Shown: one piece after another, positions 9,270-18,784 of the stretch
Position numbering within the stretch: position 1 is the first letter of the stretch
How the letters are laid out: each line of letters begins with the position of its first letter
Notes under the pieces: generated by a model
The model's input: only the letters and a program-made list of their open reading frames with translations
The model's database searches: none
Told to the model about the DNA's origin: nothing
Program-made: the position numbers and the translations under genes
Origin: a virus
DNA: 64,000 nucleotides
Direction: 5' to 3' (one strand)
Virus record (IMG/VR): IMGVR_UViG_3300008262_000040

Positions 9270-10166
9270 TTATTTCTTTTGATCCAGTATTTGTAATGCG
9301 TGAGATGTATCAGTTTGGTTTTCGTGTTTTATACCTATTCCACCTACAGCTTTCCACGGTTTTAAGTTAACTCCGTAGTCGTCTATCAATACAGAGCGCT
9401 TTATCTCCTCTTCGCTCTTATCGGTTAAAACAGAGTGCTTATCTCCGGTCTGTTTAAATATGACTTGCTTGGGTTTAGGACTCAAGTTCTTTTCTATCCA
9501 CAACAATTTGCCCTCTTTTGCTTTTGTAAAGTTACTTGGACTAGAAAGTATTATTGTTCCGTGCTTGCCTATGCGCTTCCACAGGTTTTGACTTCCAGGA
9601 AACCACGGCATCTCTGACCAAAACTGAACTCCAGCATTCTCTACTGCTTTTTCAAAAGACGGTAGTCCTTTTTCGTCTATGTATTCTTTCGGTGACATGC
9701 CAAAGTACTTTTCAAACTGACCGTCAAAGTCACAGAGTACTCCGTCCATGTCGCAATACAGTTGATACTTTTTCAAGTCTTCCATCAACATACCCAAGCT
9801 TACGTTTTCGTATATGACTGGGTGTTGTCTTCCGTACGATCTTAGCAACACTCCTGCTTTAGAGTTCGCTTCGTTCTCTTCTGGTGAACCGTCTTTACCA
9901 GAGTCTGGCTTTAATACGCCACGCTCGTTTTGACTGTGGTGTATCAGCTCGTGTGCTAACGTTCTTAGACAATCAGCTAGGTTTCTATTGTTATCGTACA
10001 CAACTATGGCTTTCTCTTGCGGATAGTAACCACCGAAGCTAAAATTGAATTTAACAAAGTTCTTATCCCTAGTTATTTTGATGCGAGGGGATTGCTTTAT
10101 GCTTAACTCTCCGTAACAATACTTGAGAAAGTCCTTATATATCGATATTCTCTCTTGCTCTTGCAT
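9270..10166 (-). CDS. HExxH metallopeptidase-like domain fused to a HAD 5'(3')-nucleotidase-like domain
   Basis: AHELIHH...ENEAN; then YCDMDGVLCDF, ILSSP, GK..W, LIDD. Confidence 0.75.
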   Translation of the reverse strand: MQEQERISIYKDFLKYCYGELSIKQSPRIKITRDKNFVKFNFSFGGYYPQEKAIVVYDNNRNLADCLRTLAHELIHHSQNERGVLKPDSGKDGSPEENEANSKAGVLLRSYGRQHPVIYENVSLGMLMEDLKKYQLYCDMDGVLCDFDGQFEKYFGMSPKEYIDEKGLPSFEKAVENAGVQFWSEMPWFPGSQNLWKRIGKHGTIILSSPSNFTKAKEGKLLWIEKNLSPKPKQVIFKQTGDKHSVLTDKSEEEIKRSVLIDDYGVNLKPWKAVGGIGIKHENQTDTSHALQILDQKK

Positions 10167-10172
10167 GCTTTA

Positions 10173-11834
10173 TTAAAATGATGTTGCTAGTCCTCTAAGA
10201 ATGAACGATCCAGTTATTTTAAACGGCTTATCGTATATGCTTTTATCACGTATTACCACACCCTCTTGCTGATCTACTGCTCCCAATGGGCTTTCCATAG
10301 CTTTCAACACCGAATCTCCGAGTTGCATGGTCGCTAGATATGTAACGAAACCGTCTATAGCGCTCTTATACTCGTTCTTGTCAGCTACTAGTTGGTCCAA
10401 AGGCGTTCCGTTCTTTATTGCTACGAACACTTGCTTGCTTAGAGCGTCAACTTTCTTACCGTCTTTTAAAGTTATCTTTACGTCTTTTGGTATCTTTGTA
10501 CTTTTTAACCAGTCCTTTAGGCTCTTTGTTTCTTTCTTGTTCTTTGTGTAGAATACTGTGTAAGATTTTGACAGTTCGCTTGAAAAATTGGGCTCTTTAT
10601 CTATGGTAGCAGGTATAGAACCGTATATTTCGAAGTCGTACTCCTTAGCTACTGGCGCCATCTTCTTTATCATTGACTCCAAAGCTTTTTTGTCGTACGA
10701 TATCTCTTTTGCTGCTCTACGTTTTTCTGTGACTTGCTGTATCTCTAACAGACCGTGAATGGCCAAGAAGTTTTTACCGTAGTCCTGAACGTTTGTTTTG
10801 CCTGATACGTACTCTATGTTTAATAGTATGTTTGGATTGTCAAGTAAACCAAGCTTTGAGAGCTCTGATTGTATCCTTGGCAAAGACTCATTGAATATGT
10901 CTAGTACTTCTCCGCCTATTTTTACCATACCGTGGCCAGGAGCGAACCTATCTTCTAAGTCTGCTTTGGTTATTCCTTTTACGTCAAGAGGCTTGTTAGA
11001 ACCTCTGTCCATAACGAACTGTTTTTTGCCGTCCAAGTCAACCAACCTAACAGACGCGTTAACTCCATCTATCTTTACTGACGCTGGGTTCTTCTGTAGC
11101 GACTTTACTGCGTATATGAATGTCTTAACTAGATCGTTACCGGTGTTAACTGTTGGTAGATCGAACGGGTGAGCCATGTGACCACCAGTTCCACCCTCTA
11201 CAAGTAAATTTACCAAAGAAATTGAACTCTCTTTCATTGATGTATCAGTTTTTTTTTCGAACTTGGATTTTATCATCTTCTCTATCTTAGGATCGTACCA
11301 ACCAAATATGCTTTTGAACTGATCTGGAGTAGATTTTGGGTTAGATAGTACTGAACGTATGCTTGTGCCGCTCATCTCTTGTCCATCTGGGGTTTTAAGA
11401 GATACATGAGGAGCTACTATAAGGTAACCGTGTTTAGTAAATGGCTGTAGTGGTTTGCCTTCTTCGTATTTTTTGAAGTACCCAGGAGTTCCGTCTTTCT
11501 TCAATCCTATTTTGAACCTAGGGTCTTCTTCCATGTCTTTCTTACCCACCATAAACACAAGTGCCGTTGTATCTGGATCGTATTTTGCTGTAACCTCTTC
11601 GGCTTTGTATGGGTTTTTTACCTGAGCTATGCTGTCTCCAAAGCCGTATTTTGTTGCTATGGCTTTCTTTTCTTGGAAATTTAACGGACTCTTAGGCATT
11701 TCTACCTTGTCGGAAGTAACAATGTACGTGTTTTCCTTTCCAAATTTGTCTTGAAGCCACTTAAATGTAGCTGCGTGGTGTCTTCCCATGGGTTGAAACC
11801 TTCCAGGATACACAGCTATTACTTTATTTACCAT
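10173..11834 (-). CDS. Cytidyltransferase/NMNAT-like domain fused to an ATP-dependent ligase-like domain
   Basis: YPGRFQPMGRHH and MSGTSIR; then KIDG (motif I), NIEYV (III), EGVVIR (IV), FKITG (V). Confidence 0.65.
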   Translation of the reverse strand: MVNKVIAVYPGRFQPMGRHHAATFKWLQDKFGKENTYIVTSDKVEMPKSPLNFQEKKAIATKYGFGDSIAQVKNPYKAEEVTAKYDPDTTALVFMVGKKDMEEDPRFKIGLKKDGTPGYFKKYEEGKPLQPFTKHGYLIVAPHVSLKTPDGQEMSGTSIRSVLSNPKSTPDQFKSIFGWYDPKIEKMIKSKFEKKTDTSMKESSISLVNLLVEGGTGGHMAHPFDLPTVNTGNDLVKTFIYAVKSLQKNPASVKIDGVNASVRLVDLDGKKQFVMDRGSNKPLDVKGITKADLEDRFAPGHGMVKIGGEVLDIFNESLPRIQSELSKLGLLDNPNILLNIEYVSGKTNVQDYGKNFLAIHGLLEIQQVTEKRRAAKEISYDKKALESMIKKMAPVAKEYDFEIYGSIPATIDKEPNFSSELSKSYTVFYTKNKKETKSLKDWLKSTKIPKDVKITLKDGKKVDALSKQVFVAIKNGTPLDQLVADKNEYKSAIDGFVTYLATMQLGDSVLKAMESPLGAVDQQEGVVIRDKSIYDKPFKITGSFILRGLATSF

Positions 11835-11849
11835 ACCAATAAATATGCG

Positions 11850-14800
11850 TTAAGAATGCTTTACATTTGACCTTCCACTTACTTTGTTTACCTCTATGTG
11901 CGAATCTACTATGTCCCTCATCGAATCTATGTGCGATATAATCATGATGAACTTAAACTGTGTCTTCAAATAATCGAACAACATTGCCATTGAGCTTAGA
12001 TTTGACTTGTCTAGAGCACCAAAGCCCTCGTCTATAGCCATAAAATTGGGTCTAGGTAAAGTAGATATGCCTATCAAAGACGTTCTTATAGCCAAAGAAG
12101 AAACAAACTTCTCCATTCCTGATGTAAGTTCTATCGGCCAGAACTTGTCTTCGCTATAGGCTATGTACGCATTAACATTTTTATCGTCAGTTTGTAGTAC
12201 TATCCTAAAGTCTACTAGCTGGGATAGAATGTTATTGACCTCCTCTTCTACCTGAGGTATTGTTATAGCTATAAGATCGTGTGGTATACCGTCCCTATGA
12301 GTTGCTTCAAGGTAATACTGGTAGTGTAGGTATTGGCTTTCGTACTCCGTCTGTTCTTCTACGTTCTTTTTGGTATCTTCTATCGATGCAGTGAGCACAG
12401 ACACCTTACTATTGTAATCAGATATCGATTTGTCTATCTTTGACAGCTCGTCGTCTATTGACTTGAGCTCTGATTTAGTCTTGTCTAGCTGTTCGTTTAT
12501 TTTCTTGTTGTTTTCTATGACTTTCAAAGACTTTTGTCTATCATCCAGCTTTTGTTTTATCTTCTGTATGCCAGTCTTAAGCTTTTCTATGTTTTCGTTG
12601 ACAGTTACCAATTGTTTTTGATTGTCTAAGTCAGCTTTTGTGTGATCGTTTAACAGTTTCTTTAAACTACTTAACTGTTTCTTTTTATTGTCTAAGTCTT
12701 TGTACGCATTAAGCTTATCTTCTATTTCGCCTATTTTATTTTTTATCGAATCGATGGCTTGTAAATCGTCCTCGAGCTCTTTCTTAGTGTTAATAGCGTC
12801 TTTTACAAACACATTATTCATACAATAGGAACAGTTTGGATCGTATTCAAGCTCTTTTAGGTTATCCATCTTCTTATTCTTGTGAAAAACATCGCTCTCT
12901 AGCTTCTTTAGATCAAGCCTAAGTTCGTTGTACTGCTTCTCTACGCTCTGTTTTTGTTTGTCTAACTGATCCAACTGCGCTTCGTCTATGGCATCTATCT
13001 GTTGTTTTACGCTATCTATATCGTTTTTTATTTTATCAGCCTTATTTTCTATGCCTTGTTTTGATATTTGAGTGTCTGATAGTATTGACTCTGCTTCTGA
13101 CAGCTTATCGTTCAACAGTTTTTCATCAATTATGGACTCATCGACGTCTTGTAGCTTTGTTGCTAGGTCTATGCACTTTTCAGATAGCTCGTTTCTTCTT
13201 TTTACTACCCTATTTTTCTCCTCTGTTACGTCTTCAAGATAAGACTTAGTACTATCAAGATCAGTCTGCTTTTGGTATAGGTCTTCTTCGTAATTATTCT
13301 TTTGGTGGTGTCTAACTATCGCCATTGTCTCCTTCGTGCTTTCGCTAGCAACGTTGTGCATCTCTTCGAATACGCCTATGTCCAAGAATTGAGACAACAA
13401 GTCTTTTCTATCCTTCTGATTCATGTCTATAAAGCCAGTGTTGTTGCTTTGGGTAGACAATGTGGTCAACACAAAGTCTTCGTAGCTTCCCAGAAGGTTC
13501 TTTATATTGTTGTTTGTATCGCTTCTCTCTTTACCGTTCAAAGAAACTTTGTTGCCTTCAGAATCTAAATGATAAAAGTCTACCTCAACTCGTACGTTTC
13601 CGTTCTTTTGTCTCCTTGCGTTACGTTCGATGAAGTAATCTATGCCGTTTAGCTCAAACTCAAGCTTACAATAAAACGTATTAGAGCTACTGTTCATGAC
13701 TTGGTGACCCCTGTTGCTCTTTGTACACTTATCAAATATGCAATAGGTTATGGCGTCTAGTAAAGTAGACTTACCGCTAGCGTTTGGAGCAAATATACCA
13801 TAGGTACCTTCCATCTTCACGAAGTCTATGTGATTGTCTTTACCGTAACTGAACATGTTCTCGAACTCGAAGCGCTTTGGTAGCCACATGCTGTTTCTAG
13901 GCACTTCGTTTTTGATCAATTGTGCGTTTACTCTATCGTTTATCTCGTAGACCTTAGCCATAGACTTGTCGTCAAGCTTGTATTTACTGTGTAGATAGTT
14001 GTAAAGTAGCGATCTCTGCTTAGTTATGGACCTAAAATCGGTATTTTTAATGTTGTTCGCGCTGTTTTCTCTATTGAAAGAGTCGTGTAAGCGTTGGAAA
14101 GACAACTCTATTACGTTGTAGTCGCGCTTTATTTCGTTGACTATGCTCTTTATGGTAGATTGATCAGTGTTTTTGTACTTTATTCTAAGATATAGGTTCT
14201 TTTGAAGATCGCTTGGAAGCTTCTCGTAAAGTCCGTTATTGACTTCTATCGTAAAGAAAGCAGTATCGTTCTCTATTTTTAGGTACTCTGCAGATCTGCT
14301 ATCTACACTCCACACGAGGATACCGTGATCGCGTTCTTCTCCGTGATTCTGTTGTATTAAAGATCCTGGGTAGGCTATTGTCTTGCTTTCGTTTAGGTAC
14401 TGAAGCTTGTGTATGTCTCCAAGCAATACCATATCGAAGCCATCAAACATCTCAGCTTTCATTGAATCGCTGTGCAATACGTATCCGGCTTCGGTTGTAG
14501 AGTTGTTTACCAATCCATGAAACAATGCTATGTTTACGTACCCGTCTTCTTCCTTAACGCTTGGGTACTTAGCCTTATCGTCGAATACAGACCAATGATA
14601 GAACCTACAGTTAGCTATTTGAAGCACACCAGAGCTCTTGAAATACTCCAGGTTATCGCTGTTTATCGCGTTAACTATAGGAGTCAAAGAATCCATACGA
14701 TTTACGTTGTTCAGATTCGTGTCGTGATTGCCAGGTATCATCAATACCTTAGATATAGAGCATAAGTTCTTCAAAAAGTCTTGTACCTCTTGAAAAAGCT

Positions 14801-15011
14801 CAGGGCTAACGTCTGTTTTAGAGTGCACTATGTCGCCAGTTAAACAAACTATGTCATTCTCAGTGATCTTAGATCTTAACTCAGTGTAAAGGTTATCAAA
14901 AACCCTTCGATACTCGTCTTGTCTCTTGTAATTTCTTATGTGGATGTCGCTAACGTGATAGATTTTGTCTATCTTATCTATATTCCACTTCGATTTCTTT
15001 ACCTTACTCAT
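11850..15011 (-). CDS. Fused Mre11/SbcD nuclease - Rad50/SbcC ATPase (gp47-gp46 fusion)
   Basis: SDIH, GDI, GNHD, GDIH; Walker A NASGKS; coiled coil with CSYC hook; SGME signature; IDEGFG; ISH. Confidence 0.9.
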   Translation of the reverse strand: MSKVKKSKWNIDKIDKIYHVSDIHIRNYKRQDEYRRVFDNLYTELRSKITENDIVCLTGDIVHSKTDVSPELFQEVQDFLKNLCSISKVLMIPGNHDTNLNNVNRMDSLTPIVNAINSDNLEYFKSSGVLQIANCRFYHWSVFDDKAKYPSVKEEDGYVNIALFHGLVNNSTTEAGYVLHSDSMKAEMFDGFDMVLLGDIHKLQYLNESKTIAYPGSLIQQNHGEERDHGILVWSVDSRSAEYLKIENDTAFFTIEVNNGLYEKLPSDLQKNLYLRIKYKNTDQSTIKSIVNEIKRDYNVIELSFQRLHDSFNRENSANNIKNTDFRSITKQRSLLYNYLHSKYKLDDKSMAKVYEINDRVNAQLIKNEVPRNSMWLPKRFEFENMFSYGKDNHIDFVKMEGTYGIFAPNASGKSTLLDAITYCIFDKCTKSNRGHQVMNSSSNTFYCKLEFELNGIDYFIERNARRQKNGNVRVEVDFYHLDSEGNKVSLNGKERSDTNNNIKNLLGSYEDFVLTTLSTQSNNTGFIDMNQKDRKDLLSQFLDIGVFEEMHNVASESTKETMAIVRHHQKNNYEEDLYQKQTDLDSTKSYLEDVTEEKNRVVKRRNELSEKCIDLATKLQDVDESIIDEKLLNDKLSEAESILSDTQISKQGIENKADKIKNDIDSVKQQIDAIDEAQLDQLDKQKQSVEKQYNELRLDLKKLESDVFHKNKKMDNLKELEYDPNCSYCMNNVFVKDAINTKKELEDDLQAIDSIKNKIGEIEDKLNAYKDLDNKKKQLSSLKKLLNDHTKADLDNQKQLVTVNENIEKLKTGIQKIKQKLDDRQKSLKVIENNKKINEQLDKTKSELKSIDDELSKIDKSISDYNSKVSVLTASIEDTKKNVEEQTEYESQYLHYQYYLEATHRDGIPHDLIAITIPQVEEEVNNILSQLVDFRIVLQTDDKNVNAYIAYSEDKFWPIELTSGMEKFVSSLAIRTSLIGISTLPRPNFMAIDEGFGALDKSNLSSMAMLFDYLKTQFKFIMIISHIDSMRDIVDSHIEVNKVSGRSNVKHS

Positions 15012-15991
15012 ATCTTTGCTAGTATCATTTGCATTTTTTTGTAAAATAGATCCTCTTGCTTGACAGGTTTGGCTTTCTGTAGTAGTTTAACCATGTCTTT
15101 AAAACCTATCACAGACGGATCTTTGTCTTCTAGATCTATTTGGTATACCTCTTTTCCGTAGTTCACGAGCTGTTCGACGTAGTCCATGGCTTGCTTTACG
15201 GCGTCTTTATCCAACGCTATGTATACAGTCTTAACTTCGGATTCTACTAACTTCTTCATTAGTCTCTTTGATATAGTCTTACCAAAAAGCGGGATAGCGT
15301 TACGTTTTATTGCCATTGCGTCAAATACACCTTCGCATAACACCACGGGTACGTTCCAATTAATATAGTACTCAAAACCTATGATCTCGCTCTTGTTCAC
15401 ACTTGGCGCATCGTAAGCCCGTTTCTCCTTGAGCATTATAGATCTTGCAACAAAGTAATTAAGCTTACCATCCACATCGTAAGAGGGCACGATTATCCTG
15501 TTCCTATATTTACCAGTCTCACAGAAGCCGATACGATATTTCTTTATGTCTAAATCTGTCAATCCGCGTGACTTTAAATAGTTTATCGCCTTCTTACAAG
15601 CTAGGTTATTGTTGCATGAGGACAAATCTATGTACTCTTTTGGAAGTTCTACCGATTTGTTTTCTGTCTCTTCTAGGTCCTTAGCGAAAGTCTTCATGTT
15701 GTAGTAAGACCTCATCTGCTTTATCGATTCTGAGGAAGCTTTTACCTTTTTTAAGAGGCTATCTGGCTTGGAACCTTTAGTTGGAGGAGTACACGTCCAA
15801 CAGTTATACTTACCAGTCTGTATGTTAACTGCCAATTTAGGCTTTCTGTGGTTACAAACTGGACACATGAATACGTTATTGCCTTGCTTGTCAGCTTTGG
15901 ATTTGCCCAAATGCTGTTCAAGTAAACCAACAACAAGCGATTGAACTTGCTTGTCAGTTATTTCAGTACTTATCTTAAAACTTTTATTCAT
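15008..15991 (-). CDS. DNA primase (Zn finger plus TOPRIM)
   Basis: CPVC...CWTC; YLKSRGL; RIIVP; LCEGVFDA; IALDKDA. Confidence 0.88.
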   Translation of the reverse strand: MNKSFKISTEITDKQVQSLVVGLLEQHLGKSKADKQGNNVFMCPVCNHRKPKLAVNIQTGKYNCWTCTPPTKGSKPDSLLKKVKASSESIKQMRSYYNMKTFAKDLEETENKSVELPKEYIDLSSCNNNLACKKAINYLKSRGLTDLDIKKYRIGFCETGKYRNRIIVPSYDVDGKLNYFVARSIMLKEKRAYDAPSVNKSEIIGFEYYINWNVPVVLCEGVFDAMAIKRNAIPLFGKTISKRLMKKLVESEVKTVYIALDKDAVKQAMDYVEQLVNYGKEVYQIDLEDKDPSVIGFKDMVKLLQKAKPVKQEDLFYKKMQMILAKI

Positions 15992-16083
15992 AATATGTAT
16001 AATAAAATTAACAAACCTTAGCGACAGGTTAAAACTATCGATGCTAGTGAGAATATAATATTTTTTTATATCGATATTGTTTT

Positions 16084-16093
16084 GTATATTTAC
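16084..16093 (+). promoter_or_regulatory. Putative early/middle promoter element GTATATTTAC (Bacteroidota TAnnTTTG-like)
   Basis: Related motifs precede - strand units at 51014, 54842, 55646, 57051 and 59813. Confidence 0.5.
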
Positions 16094-16094
16094 G

Positions 16095-16327
16095 CTGACT
16101 AACGTCCAAATTCAAGTTCTATGCCGTAGCTTGGTGAGATTCCATGAGCGAGTCTTAGATTGAATGTAAATTGGACTACCAGGCGTAAAGACATCGCGTC
16201 AGGTATATAAACAGGTCGTAGACATAATACTTTGTTTAATATCGGATAGGAGCCGACGGAAACAGCCGCTAAGGGAAATAAAGGATAAATCGAACACCAA
16301 ACAAATTTCAGAACCCTTAAAAGCGGG
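16095..16327 (+). ncRNA. Putative structured ncRNA or long leader
   Basis: GC-enriched gap with nested stems CTGAC/GTCAG, GTCCAA/TTGGAC, ATTCAA/TTGAAT, TTTGTTT/AAACAAA, CCGCT-AAGGG/CCCTT-AGCGG. Confidence 0.45.
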
Positions 16328-16329
16328 AT

Positions 16330-16524
16330 ATGCAAATAAGCGACATACTCAACATACCAGAAAACGTAGACATACAGTACCTAAAAGATAATATATCAAA
16401 AGATCAATTATTATTAGTATATTGGTATATAGCTAACAATGAACATGAATTAACTGATCATCAAAAATCGATTCTTTACGAAGTATTATCTCAAATAGAC
16501 GATAAATTTTTAGAAGATGAATAA
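16330..16524 (+). CDS. Hypothetical protein
   Basis: First ORF of the + strand operon. Confidence 0.6.
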   Translation: MQISDILNIPENVDIQYLKDNISKDQLLLVYWYIANNEHELTDHQKSILYEVLSQIDDKFLEDE

Positions 16525-16876
16525 ACTAATATTATACACACTTAGCACGTGTAAAAAGTGTCATAGCGTAAAAGAAGCATTAATACACGAAGGTATATAT
16601 TTTGATGAAATACTTTGTGACGATGATAAAAATTCAACCAAATGCGATAATCTAGAAATAGAAGTGGATTGTAGTTTTTATCCCATGGCAGTAATTACAA
16701 AAAAGGTTGAAAGAGATAGAGGCGGATATTATGTGTATGCTGAAGAAAAGACAATAATTCACTTTTGCACTAAATACGATGATGTTATGATAAAAAGAAA
16801 AATAAATACTGATAACTTTGCGGTGTGTGCATTAAACACAACTGATATGTTACAATTAATAATTAAAAACAAATAA
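16517..16876 (+). CDS. Glutaredoxin-like protein
   Basis: LYTLSTCKKC, then FYP cis-Pro position. Confidence 0.65.
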   Translation: MNKLILYTLSTCKKCHSVKEALIHEGIYFDEILCDDDKNSTKCDNLEIEVDCSFYPMAVITKKVERDRGGYYVYAEEKTIIHFCTKYDDVMIKRKINTDNFAVCALNTTDMLQLIIKNK

Positions 16877-16877
16877 A

Positions 16878-17066
16878 ATGAGATACAAACAATTGATCCA
16901 AAAAAAGATCACAGAACTAAAGAATCAAATTCATTCCCAAAACGCTAGTATTTCCCAGCTTAGACCACCAGATGAGCTAAGAGAACAATTACAGAGAATG
17001 CTTGATAAGATTCAAGAGATAGATGTTCTAATAAATACAGAGCACGATACTCCTATTCCATACTAA
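16878..17066 (+). CDS. Small coiled-coil protein
   Basis: Operonic ORF. Confidence 0.6.
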   Translation: MRYKQLIQKKITELKNQIHSQNASISQLRPPDELREQLQRMLDKIQEIDVLINTEHDTPIPY

Positions 17067-17081
17067 AAACAATAAACAGTT

Positions 17082-17732
17082 ATGCAAACACAAAAACAAA
17101 AACAGTTGAGCGAAGAGCAAATAACGATTAACATAGCTCGTTTTTATGAACTGATAGATAAGTATATAGAAGCGCCTAGGAAAGATGATCTTACTAGGTT
17201 TTATATGTCTATAGAGTTAGCATTAGCAACTAGCCCAGCCTCTTCTAAAATATCACATCATAATTGTTTTCCAGGTGGTTATCTAGACCATGTTATTAGA
17301 GTTACAGAAGCTGCATTAGTATTAAATAATGTATGGGATAAGTTTGGTCAAAAGAAAGATTACACTATTGACGAATTGGTATTCTGCGCTATCAATCACG
17401 ATCTAGGAAAACTTGGTACTAACGATAAACCATTCTACGTACCAAATACAGAAGCTTGGCAAATAGAGAAACAGGGCGTTTATTATAAGTACAATACTGA
17501 AATGCCTCACATGAGAATAGCTGATAGAAGTTTATTTTATCTACAACAAGCTGGAATTAAGATTAACGAAAAAGAATTTCTTGCCATTAAGCTTCACGAT
17601 GGTCTTTATGAAGAGTCTAATAAATCTTATTATATTACTTACAACTCTGATTACGAAATAAAATCAAATTTACCTTACATACTCCACCAAGCCGATCTAA
17701 TGGCTAGCAGAGTAGAAACCCAAATCAATTAA
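17082..17732 (+). CDS. HD-domain phosphohydrolase (YhaM-like)
   Basis: HHNCFPGGYLDH, NHDLGK, LHDG, HQAD. Confidence 0.8.
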   Translation: MQTQKQKQLSEEQITINIARFYELIDKYIEAPRKDDLTRFYMSIELALATSPASSKISHHNCFPGGYLDHVIRVTEAALVLNNVWDKFGQKKDYTIDELVFCAINHDLGKLGTNDKPFYVPNTEAWQIEKQGVYYKYNTEMPHMRIADRSLFYLQQAGIKINEKEFLAIKLHDGLYEESNKSYYITYNSDYEIKSNLPYILHQADLMASRVETQIN

Positions 17733-17733
17733 C

Positions 17734-18003
17734 ATGACAACAATAATAATTTCAGTATCCATTTGGATAGCTAGCATTTTAGGTTGGATACTATTCAATC
17801 TATACAATAAGAATAAAAAGCTAGAAAATATGGTAATAAACCAATCAGACTTCATAAACACAATGAAAGTCAATATTAGACAATTCGACGAATTAGCTAA
17901 TAAGATAGACTCCCAGATCTGGGTACAATCAGATCCCGAGTTCTTGGCGCTTTTCGAAAAAGTAAAAGAGATTCAATCAAGCTTACAAACCTACGTAGAT
18001 TAA
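17734..18003 (+). CDS. Small membrane-anchored protein
   Basis: N-terminal TM helix. Confidence 0.6.
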   Translation: MTTIIISVSIWIASILGWILFNLYNKNKKLENMVINQSDFINTMKVNIRQFDELANKIDSQIWVQSDPEFLALFEKVKEIQSSLQTYVD

Positions 18004-18007
18004 TAGC

Positions 18008-18766
18008 ATGGAAACACATCTAATGGACGTTGTACAAGACCAAGTACTCTTAACAAAGAAGGGAGAGGTTAGAAAGAGAAAGCCAAAGAAGAGTAACGAC
18101 TACTTTACAGAAGAGACTCAAGCTGCTATATTGCAATTTAGAGCTAGTAAAAATCAAGACGAACGCGATAAGCTTTACAGAGAAAAGATACACTATGCTC
18201 TTTATAAATTGGCAGAGAATATAATTCACACATTTAAGTTCTACTATTTAGACTCTGAATCAATAGAGGATTTAAAGTATGAAATAATATCTTTCTTATT
18301 ACAAAAAATAGATTTGTACGATGAAAGTAAAGGTAAAGCTTATTCTTACTTCGGTACAATTGTAAAACGCTATTTGATAGTTTACAACAAAAAGAACTAC
18401 GCAAATAAAGTGGGAAAAGTAGAGGTATCAGACATAGACAATGATAATAATACCATAGATAGTCTTATATATAACCAATTTGATGATACACCAGATGTAA
18501 GTGTAATCATGGAAGCATTTATTAAAAAGCTAGATTTAGAAATTTTTGATATGTTTCAAAACGAAAACGATCTTAGGGTTGCTGTTTGCATACTAGAAAT
18601 ATTCAAAAAGAGCGATAAATTAGAGTTATTTAATAAGAAACTTATATACATTTACGTAAAAGAAATGGTAGATGCTCCAACAAATTCAATAACTAGGGTA
18701 ATAAAACGCTTAAAGGGGGTTTATAAACAGGTATTAGAAGACCATTTGAGAAAATTGGACTACTAG
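18008..18766 (+). CDS. Phage sigma factor (gp55-like late sigma)
   Basis: Region-2-like YDESKGKAYSYFGTIVKRYL; lies just upstream of the structural operon. Confidence 0.6.
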   Translation: METHLMDVVQDQVLLTKKGEVRKRKPKKSNDYFTEETQAAILQFRASKNQDERDKLYREKIHYALYKLAENIIHTFKFYYLDSESIEDLKYEIISFLLQKIDLYDESKGKAYSYFGTIVKRYLIVYNKKNYANKVGKVEVSDIDNDNNTIDSLIYNQFDDTPDVSVIMEAFIKKLDLEIFDMFQNENDLRVAVCILEIFKKSDKLELFNKKLIYIYVKEMVDAPTNSITRVIKRLKGVYKQVLEDHLRKLDY

Positions 18767-18774
18767 ATATTTAT
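18767..18774 (+). promoter_or_regulatory. Putative late promoter ATATTTAT (representative of 13 sites)
   Basis: Coding-strand copies before genes at 521, 3160, 8302, 11839, 46576, 51793, 52856 (-) and 18767, 22281, 33937, 37217, 43743, 44070 (+). Confidence 0.7.
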
Positions 18775-18784
18775 AAAAAAGCTC

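Noticed and set aside
16099-16335. 78-aa minus-strand ORF
   Set aside because: It opposes the promoter-like motif and has no protein features; a structured RNA explains the region better
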